A DNA stretch of 64,000 bases from Trueperaceae bacterium. Its GTDB lineage: Bacteria; Deinococcota; Deinococci; Deinococcales; Trueperaceae. The stretch is from NCBI GenBank assembly GCA_965214405.1, contig OZ243956.1, positions 1,056,001 to 1,120,000 on the forward strand. Direction: 5' to 3'. The notes beneath the pieces were generated by a model that was not told where the DNA came from, made no database searches, and worked only from the letters and a program-made list of their open reading frames with translations. Positions 56,971 through 64,000 of this stretch are shown here, piece after piece. The first letter of the stretch is position 1, and each line of letters opens with the position of its first letter. The position numbers and the translations under genes were made by a program.

Positions 56971-59900
56971 ATGCAGCTTAGAGCGCTCGGGGGGCTAAAG
57001 CTCGGCGGCTCGACGTTCGGGAAGCCGAAGCCGCTGTTGCTGCTCGCTTACGTGCTGCTCGAGGGACCCCTCGAGCGGCGTCACGTGGCGGAGCTTTTCT
57101 GGCCTCGAGCGGCAAATCACCTCAACAGTCTGTCGCAGGCGCTGTCACAGGTGCGCCGGGCCGCGCCGGGCGTTCTGGAAACCGACGAGGCGAGGGTATG
57201 GGCGAGCTTGGCCTCCGATGTCGGGGAGGTGCTGGACGCCCTCGAAAAGGGTGACGAGGCGCGCGCCGTGGGCCGCTATCAGGCCCCGTTTCTGGAGGGG
57301 GTTTTCTTGCACGGCTGGGGAGCCGAACTCGAGGAATGGGTCAATAACACCCGCGAAGCGGTGGCGGGGCGGGTGCGCGGCGCACACCTCAAGCTAGCCG
57401 AGACGGCAGCGACCGAACTCCGGGTCGGCGAAGCCCTTCACCATGCGGAGGCGGCTTTTACCCTCAGCGCAGCTCCCCCCCTGGAGCCGAGCGAGCTAAC
57501 ACGCCTGCACCGGCTGTTCCTGCTTGGAGAGAGCATTTACCTGCCTCGGTTACGGGTAGAAGCCGAAGGCTACGATATGGCGCTCGAAGGGACCAAGCAG
57601 GAGGCCGCGCGCTCTTTTCAAGCCGACAAAGCTCCCGACGCTCCCTGGTCACTCCCGACCAAAGGAACGACCTTTATCGGGCGCGAGCTGGAGAGGGCCG
57701 AGCTGGGTGAGATGCTGCGGCGAGGCGACTGCCGCCTGGTTACGGTCGTGGGCCAGGGAGGTACCGGGAAAACGCGTCTGGCCCTGGAAGTCGCCGCGCA
57801 ACAGGCCGAGGGGGGGTCGTTCCGGGACGGCGTATACTTCGTGGAGCTCGATACCTTGGCGGACCCCGGTGCTGTTGCGCCCAAAGTGGCGAAGGTGCTG
57901 GGCCTCACGCTGCAGGGTCCGCACGACCCCGCCACGCAGCTACAGCACTACTTGCAGAGCAGACGGTCTCTGCTGGTTTTTGACAACTTCGAACACCTGC
58001 TGGCTGGTGCCGCGTGGGTGTCCGAGCTGCTGGCCGCTTGCCCGCATCTGAAGGCGTTGGTGACGTCGCGTGAGCGGCTGCACCTAGAGGAAGAGTGGCT
58101 GTTTTCGCTCGGCGGGCTGGCGTATCCGGGGGGCGGCGCGACCCTCGAGGAGGCGCGAGGATTTGACGCAACGCAACTCTTCGTGGAGCGGGCCCGGCGG
58201 GTGAAGAAAAGCTTTGAGCTTACCGAAGACACCTGGGAGACCGTCGCCGAGATCTGTACCCTGGTTGAGGGTTCGCCCTTAGCCATTGAGCTCGCCGCGG
58301 GCTGGGTCAAGACCGTCGTCCCGGAAGACCTCTCTACGGAGATGAAAAAAAACATCGACATTTTACGCACCCGAACCCGGAACATCCCGAACCGCCACCA
58401 GAGCATCCGGGCGGCGTTCGACCATTCCTGGGCGCTGCTCACCCTTCAGGAGAGCGTGGGGCTGAGCAAGCTGGCCGTGTTTCAGGGCGGGTTTACCAGA
58501 GAGGAGGCGGACAGCGTAGCGGACGTGCCGGTGAGCGTGCTGGCGTCTTTGGTCGACAAGTCGCTCGTGCAAGAGCCGCGCGGCGGGCGCTACGGCCTTC
58601 ACCCCCTGCTGCACCAGTACGCGCTCGAGAAGCTCCTCGAGCGTCCGGAGCTTGTTGGCACAGTGCAAGAACGCCACCAAACGTTTTACCTAAAGGCGCT
58701 TCAAGCCTGGCGCGATTCGGAAGCGTTCCCCAGTCCCCGGACGATAGCGGCGCTCGCGCCCGACATCCATAACATCCTCGCGGCCTGGCGCCGCACCTTC
58801 GCGGCGGGCTGCGGGGAGGTCAGCCGCGCCGCCGAGGCGCTGACCTGGTACTTCGAGGTGCGGGCGCAGTACCACGAGGGGCTCGAGCAGTTGGCCCTGG
58901 CTTTCGAAACGGCTTTCGAGTCGGCCTTTGGGGCCGCCTCGTCGGAGAGGGAGAGCTGCCGAGAAGTTTTGGGCAACCTTCGGGTGTACCAAGCTTGGCT
59001 CGGTCACTGGCTGGAGAACGAGCGGGCGGAGGCCTGGACCGAGGAGGGTCTGGGCTACCTCCGCCCGCTCGGGGCCGTGGACGGCATCATCTTGGGGCTA
59101 CGCGTGCTTGGCATCATCGCCTGGCGCAGGGGCGCGTATCCCGAAGCGGAGCGGACCTACCGGGAGGCCTTAAGCCTCGCCCGGACGACGCGCAAAAGAG
59201 TCTGGGAGGCCGTCGTTCTCGATGGCCTGGGTTTGGCGCTGTCCTGCCAGGGGTATTACGAGGAGGCGGAGCGCTGCCACGCGGCGGCGCTCGACCTCAA
59301 CCGGGCGCTTGACAACCCGTTCCAGCAGGTCCATAACCTCGCCAACCTGGCCGCCGTCTCCAGGCGCGCGGGCCGACGCGACGACCTCTTGACGCTGGCC
59401 GGGCAGGCGCTGAATCTCGCCAGAAAAATTGAGTTCAACCAGTATGTCCCCTATTGCGTGACCGAGCTCGCTTGGGCGCACGCGCGGCTGGGGGCGCATG
59501 GTGAAGCGGAAGCCACTGCCCTCGAGGGGTACAACCTGGCATCTTCTATTGGGGATAACTGGACGCAGGCCGGGGCACTCTTGCTTCTGGGGCACCTCGG
59601 CACAGAAACCTACGACTTCGCGCGTGCTCAGGGGATGCTCGAGCAAAGCGCCGCCATCGCCCTTGCCAACGGCGACCTGTCACTCGTCCTCCGCGGTCTC
59701 TACAGAGCCGCTCGCCTCGAGGCCGCGCGGGGCGGTAGAGAGCGGGTTGCGCTGTGGCTTATGTGGTTGGGGGCGCACCCGGCGCTGCCACACTGGACGG
59801 CCCGCGCGGTGCGCGACCTCCTCTTTTCGGTGGGTGAAGTGCTGCCGCCCGCTGTCCTCGAGCAACTGCGCGAGCAGAGCGTAGGGCTGAGCCTCGAGGA

Positions 59901-59973
59901 GATGCTCGCCGCAGCTCTGCCGGGTGCGAGTCGGGCCTGCGGGCGCGTGGGCGGAAGTCGCGCGGCCCCATGA
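56971..59973 (+). CDS. AfsR/SARP-like regulator: BTAD + STAND (NB-ARC) ATPase + TPR
   Basis: N-terminal LRALGG..KPLLLLAY; FIGRE; GQGGTGKTRLA; LVFDNFEHL; VTSRERL; EGSPLAIELAA; TPR-like helices. Confidence 0.9.
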   Translation: MQLRALGGLKLGGSTFGKPKPLLLLAYVLLEGPLERRHVAELFWPRAANHLNSLSQALSQVRRAAPGVLETDEARVWASLASDVGEVLDALEKGDEARAVGRYQAPFLEGVFLHGWGAELEEWVNNTREAVAGRVRGAHLKLAETAATELRVGEALHHAEAAFTLSAAPPLEPSELTRLHRLFLLGESIYLPRLRVEAEGYDMALEGTKQEAARSFQADKAPDAPWSLPTKGTTFIGRELERAELGEMLRRGDCRLVTVVGQGGTGKTRLALEVAAQQAEGGSFRDGVYFVELDTLADPGAVAPKVAKVLGLTLQGPHDPATQLQHYLQSRRSLLVFDNFEHLLAGAAWVSELLAACPHLKALVTSRERLHLEEEWLFSLGGLAYPGGGATLEEARGFDATQLFVERARRVKKSFELTEDTWETVAEICTLVEGSPLAIELAAGWVKTVVPEDLSTEMKKNIDILRTRTRNIPNRHQSIRAAFDHSWALLTLQESVGLSKLAVFQGGFTREEADSVADVPVSVLASLVDKSLVQEPRGGRYGLHPLLHQYALEKLLERPELVGTVQERHQTFYLKALQAWRDSEAFPSPRTIAALAPDIHNILAAWRRTFAAGCGEVSRAAEALTWYFEVRAQYHEGLEQLALAFETAFESAFGAASSERESCREVLGNLRVYQAWLGHWLENERAEAWTEEGLGYLRPLGAVDGIILGLRVLGIIAWRRGAYPEAERTYREALSLARTTRKRVWEAVVLDGLGLALSCQGYYEEAERCHAAALDLNRALDNPFQQVHNLANLAAVSRRAGRRDDLLTLAGQALNLARKIEFNQYVPYCVTELAWAHARLGAHGEAEATALEGYNLASSIGDNWTQAGALLLLGHLGTETYDFARAQGMLEQSAAIALANGDLSLVLRGLYRAARLEAARGGRERVALWLMWLGAHPALPHWTARAVRDLLFSVGEVLPPAVLEQLREQSVGLSLEEMLAAALPGASRACGRVGGSRAAP

Positions 59974-60013
59974 GCTTTGCCAAGGTGTGCAGGCGCGTCT
60001 TCTCGGGCTTGTG

Positions 60014-60372
60014 CTACCAGCGCTTGATGGCGATGAGCGGAATCTCGTTCAAGGTGGCATAGCTTTTGACGGTAAGGTCGGCTACCCCTTCCTCGCGCCC
60101 AAGTGCCGCGAGTTCTAGGCCGTGCAGGTACCTCTCGAGCGCGACGCGGTCGTAAAACAGGTGCAGGCTACCCGCCTCGGCGCCAGCCTGGTCAATGAAC
60201 CAGGTTTTCCAGATGAGCCCAGGGGTGCTGGCGACGGTTTTCGCCAAAAGGTTGACGAGTTCTTGGTAGACGTTGCCTGGCCCCCGGTAGCAAAAACTCA
60301 CAAGCAGGAGATATCGTGAGGTCCCACCTCACGACGTTCGGGTGACTTTGTCGCCGTGGTCCTCGTTTTCAT
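60014..60372 (-). pseudogene. YdhR-like monooxygenase, frameshifted by a 20-bp hairpin insert
   Basis: PGLIWKTWF...AGSLHLF. The AAGGAG-ATG at 60372 comes into frame only if 20 nt at about 60315-60334 are removed. Confidence 0.65.
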
Positions 60373-60624
60373 CGCGGGCTCCTTCTCCAGTTAAGTTTGT
60401 TGGGTGTGGTGCAGGGTTGCTGTAGAGTGCAACAAGAGGCGTGAACGTCTCGTGAAGACACGGTTCATGCTTGGTCTGTCAGGTCGTTTTGAAAACGGTG
60501 CTCCAGTTTTTATGGTGTTTGAGGGGAGGACAAACGCAAAAAGTTTCAAGCCTCGCGGGATGCTTGTGTGGTTAACGCGCGCAACTCGCGCAGAGGCCAA
60601 ATCCTTTTGAGGTACAATGGCGCT

Positions 60625-60848
60625 ATGGCAACCCCCGCCTACCAAGAAATCGTTGATCTTATCGCAGGCGCAAATCCCTCCGGCGTCGTTTCCTTTCGCC
60701 CCTCTGAAAGAGCGCAGGCTCGGGTCACTGAGCTTGTTGAGCAGGAAAAGACTCAGGGTCCCAGGATGAGCGCCGCGAGCTCGACCAGTATATGTAGCTC
60801 GAGCACGTGATGCGTTTGGCTAAGGCCAGGCAGCTCCTGAGTGAGTAG
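60625..60848 (+). pseudogene. Small protein of the type found upstream of HNH nucleases, degraded
   Basis: MATPAYQEIVDLIAG...FRPSERAQARVTELVEQEK, then a frameshift, then ERRELDQYM*LEHVMRLAKAR. Confidence 0.65.
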
Positions 60849-61195
60849 AACGTATATCTCGGCGGACCTCCGTCAACGCGTCGCACTTAGAGCTAGGAGA
60901 TGTTGCGAGTACTGCTTGATCCATAAAGACGACAGCTATTACGCAGATTGACCACGTCATCAGCGAGAAGCATGGCGGACAACCTGAAGAGGATGACTTA
61001 GCGCTTGCTCGCGTCGTCCGCAACCGCGCCAAGGGAAGTGACGTGGGTTCGGTAGATTGGGACGCCGGAGTGTTTGTGCGCTTCTACAACCCGCAGACGG
61101 ACCGCTAGGCTGAGCATTTCGACCTCGACGGGGTGCAAATCATGCCGCTTACCGACGTCGCTCGCGTCACTGAACGTTTGCTACAGCTCAACTCC
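60841..61195 (+). pseudogene. HNH endonuclease, degraded and truncated
   Basis: [12 protein letters not shown], frameshift, [11 protein letters not shown]...LALARVVRNRAKGSD...FYNPQTDR*AEHF. Confidence 0.8.
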
Positions 61196-61467
61196 TTACG
61201 CGTACCAAAAGGCGTCCCGTCCGCGCGCTTGCCTCCCCCGCCCGGCACGACCAAAATGTCGGGCTGCGGGCAGGTGTCAAAGGTGTAGTGGGGGTTAACG
61301 CTCAACGCGTTTCTGGCCCGTACGGGCGTGCGCTCGGCGACGGTGTAGACGTTGAAGGGGTTTGAATCGTCCCGCCTGCCGGTGACCGAAAAAACTTCGG
61401 AGGGGCCGCAGAAGTTTAAGACTTCCACGTCGTCAAAGATTAAAACGGCGACGTTACATTTATTCAT
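61190..61467 (-). pseudogene. DJ-1/PfpI family protein, 3'-truncated
   Basis: VAVLIFDDVEVLNFCGPSEVF...DILVVPGGGG, then runs into antisense HNH sequence before the catalytic Cys region. Confidence 0.75.
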
Positions 61468-61610
61468 GGCGCTCCTCTCGAGCATCTACGCTATCAGCTT
61501 AGGAGTCACGCCGCGAACGTAGCAGAACCTGCCCTGAACTGCGCGCTGAGGAAACCTCGTTTTGCACGGCAGTTTGTGCGAAACTTTTTCAAATTTCAAG
61601 ACGGTTAAAG

Positions 61611-62372
61611 CTACGGCACCGTCCGCGTAGCGTGAGTGAGGGCGTCAGCCAATGCGCGCCCCTGGGCGGCAGCCTCTTCGTAACGTAGATAACCTGAGAC
61701 GCACACGCCCGCGCCGTAAAGACCTTTTAGTCTGGGCAACTTAAAGCTCGAGCCCTCCCACTCACCCTCGGCAAACGTTTGGCACCGCACCGTGTAGGGC
61801 GGGCTGCTGGACAAGGCCTCGAGTTCCAAGGGCTCAAATCCAAACCCGAGCGCCACTAAGTTTTCATAAAGGTCGTCATAGGCCATTTCAGACAGCCGTC
61901 CCGCCTCCTCGACAAGGCTGCCGACGCGGAGCCGCGCTTCTAGAAAGGAGCCGACGCAGAGCGCCGCGCGTTTGGCGAGCCGGTCCACGCCTTCCCAGGT
62001 GCTCACGCCCATGACCGTCTCCCCTTCGACCAGCAGCGACGACACGCTCGACTGGAGCAGGTGGAGGCCGGGAAGCGCCTCGAGCACCCCCTTGGCCCCC
62101 CGGTGAAACGCCCAATTACCGACGTAGCCGCTCTCACCAGCTACATCATCATGGACTACGACGCGGTGAACCTCCGCCATGAGCGTGTCGGGGGGCGGCT
62201 CGAGCGTGACGCCGTCGCCCAGCAGGTTGTAAACCGTGTCTAAGCTGGTCGTGACCAGCAGAACATCGAGTCCCGCCCTCGCGCTCGCCGCCGCCGCCTC
62301 GGAGCCGCTGACGCCCGCGCCCACCACGACAAGGTCGTAAACGTGGCCGGGACCCGGAAAACTAGTCGGCAC
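61611..62372 (-). CDS. Short GidA/MnmG-related FAD-dependent protein
   Basis: YDLVVVGAGVSGSEAA, GVSTWEG, EAGRLSE and YEEAAAQG. Confidence 0.82.
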   Translation of the reverse strand: MPTSFPGPGHVYDLVVVGAGVSGSEAAAASARAGLDVLLVTTSLDTVYNLLGDGVTLEPPPDTLMAEVHRVVVHDDVAGESGYVGNWAFHRGAKGVLEALPGLHLLQSSVSSLLVEGETVMGVSTWEGVDRLAKRAALCVGSFLEARLRVGSLVEEAGRLSEMAYDDLYENLVALGFGFEPLELEALSSSPPYTVRCQTFAEGEWEGSSFKLPRLKGLYGAGVCVSGYLRYEEAAAQGRALADALTHATRTVP

Positions 62373-62377
62373 GCCCC

Positions 62378-62962
62378 TTACTCGTCAAAACCGTCCAAGA
62401 GGGGAAAAGGCTGACGCCGACCGGGCGCTTTGATGAGCAGGTGCTCGCCCGAAAGCGTGCGCTGGTAGATGAGCACGCCCTTGGGATGATCTAACAGGCT
62501 CGTCGGCTCGGACGCGTCCACCATCACCCGGAGGTGCAGGGGCAGCGCGGTGCGTAAGAAACCCATCTCGTAGCGCTCCGCGCCCCCGAAGCGGTAGCCG
62601 AAAAAGACGTCCGCGGGGGACAAGTCGCTGTAGACGCAAGTTAAAGATTGCGCCTCGTTCGCGCGGTAGAGGGCGACGGCCTCCCACACGGCGGCCTGGG
62701 CGTCGGCTTCGCTCACGAACTCGAGCGCGACTTTGCCCGTTTCGCCGTAAAAGGCGGCGGGAAAGTTTTTAGACTGCGCGTAGACCCCCCGGTCTCCGGC
62801 CACCAAATCCATGACCTTGTTGCTATACACGTCGCCCTTGACTTCGCTTTTTAGGTAAGCGATGGCCAGGCCGAAGCGGCGGTCGTGGACTTCTGCAAAC
62901 TCTTCCCAATCGGGGTCGATGAGGGCGGTGTCGGTATTGACTTCGAAACCGAGGTGCATCAA
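62378..62962 (-). CDS. Conserved hypothetical protein
   Basis: Clean ORF coupled to both neighbours; host-like codon usage. Confidence 0.75.
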   Translation of the reverse strand: MMHLGFEVNTDTALIDPDWEEFAEVHDRRFGLAIAYLKSEVKGDVYSNKVMDLVAGDRGVYAQSKNFPAAFYGETGKVALEFVSEADAQAAVWEAVALYRANEAQSLTCVYSDLSPADVFFGYRFGGAERYEMGFLRTALPLHLRVMVDASEPTSLLDHPKGVLIYQRTLSGEHLLIKAPGRRQPFPLLDGFDE

Positions 62963-63831
62963 AGGGGGTCTCCTAAACGTGCCGGGTGGTTAAAGGCTGA
63001 TGGACGGTTGGGTACTTTGTAATCTTCTGGTTCATTATCTTTTAGTTTATCTCTCGGCGCGTCATCCGCCAGCTTATACCCCACATGGAGCGCCGACACG
63101 CCGAACGTTTGCAGGCGGTAGCGCACCCCGCCAAACCCGGCGTGTTGCATCATGCGGGCGAGGGCGTCCGGTTTGGGAAACTGGAGCACCGACTCGGGCA
63201 GGTAGCTGTACGCGCTCCGGCGACCCGAGACGGCCCCGCCGATGACAGGTAACACTTTGAGAAAGTACGCGCGAAAGATTCGTCCCAAAGGACCCTCGGG
63301 CGGCGGCGGGAACTCTAAAACCACGAGCCGCCCGCCGGGTTTAAGCACCCGGTAGAACTCGCGGAGCCCGCGCGCGTAATCCGCAAAGTTGCGGAGTCCG
63401 TAGGCAATCGTCACCACGTCGAAACTTGCCGCGTCGAAAGGAAGCTTGAGGCCGTCGCCCTGTAAAAGCGTGACGTCTAAGTTTTGCTTGGCGGCCTTCG
63501 TGCGGCCCCGCTCGAGCATCGCCTCGACAAAATCCACGCCGACCACGTCCGTCTGAGGCCGCGCCCGCTTGATAGCGAGCGCCAAGTCGGCGGTGCCGGT
63601 CGCCACGTCGAGCACGCGCTCCGGCCCTCCCGCTAACGCCTCCCGCGTCGCCTCCGCCCGCCACTGCCTGTCTACGCCGAGGCTAAGCAGCGCGTTCAGC
63701 AGGTCGTAGCGCGCGGCGATGTCACGAAACATGTCGTGGACCTGTGACGCCTTCTCCTCGTTATGACCTGGGTTATGGCTCGGGTTACGACCAGAGTCCC
63801 GATTTTCGTCTCGAGTGGCGGACGGCTCCAT
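62959..63831 (-). CDS. ubiE: Demethylmenaquinone/ubiquinone methyltransferase
   Basis: MFRDIAARYDLLN, LDVATGTADLA, IAYGLRN, RVLKPGGRLVVLEF and YSYLPESV. Confidence 0.93.
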   Translation of the reverse strand: MEPSATRDENRDSGRNPSHNPGHNEEKASQVHDMFRDIAARYDLLNALLSLGVDRQWRAEATREALAGGPERVLDVATGTADLALAIKRARPQTDVVGVDFVEAMLERGRTKAAKQNLDVTLLQGDGLKLPFDAASFDVVTIAYGLRNFADYARGLREFYRVLKPGGRLVVLEFPPPPEGPLGRIFRAYFLKVLPVIGGAVSGRRSAYSYLPESVLQFPKPDALARMMQHAGFGGVRYRLQTFGVSALHVGYKLADDAPRDKLKDNEPEDYKVPNRPSAFNHPARLGDPL

Positions 63832-64000
63832 ACCCAAGGCTATCACACGCGAGCGGCTGAGCAAGGTATAAAAACGCCATTGACGCGTTCATGAACAAGT
63901 GAGCAAAACTGGATGAGGCATCGTCGGCGCGTCGTGTGGTCGAAGCTGCTACGCAGTTAGAGCATTAAAACCGCGCGCTCAAAAAGATTTGCTCACCAAA

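Overview
GC-rich bacterial DNA that looks like Deinococcota (Truepera-like); this is an inference from gene content and a strong CTCGAG bias. 0.25-4.4 kb: three insertion sequences stacked immediately upstream of a tRNA-Gln promoter. 4.8-30.7 kb: mostly metabolic and stress genes (polyol dehydrogenases, GT2, patatin, arginase, Mn-catalase, proA, GH4 alpha-galactosidase, M20 peptidase, AlkA), plus another IS and several gene remnants. 30.9-40.1 kb: a type I restriction-modification locus carrying a PrrC anticodon nuclease, with hsdS split by two different ISs. 40.7-53.2 kb: an integrase island bounded by 45-bp tRNA-Arg(ACG) 3'-half repeats. Its only intact-looking cargo is a coupled four-gene operon led by a 1,721-aa DEDDh exonuclease-DinG-RecQ triple fusion, followed by two coiled-coil proteins (one split by IS5) and an 879-aa unknown. 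This operon is the best candidate for an undescribed defence system. 53.2-64 kb: the end of a sibling island, IS200, a STAND regulator/secreted protease pair, decayed genes and core genes (GidA-related, menG/ubiE). Smaller signals include hairpin + T/C-tract slippage sites in three ISs and palindromic micro-insertions inside genes. All calls come from reading motifs by eye; no database searches were run.
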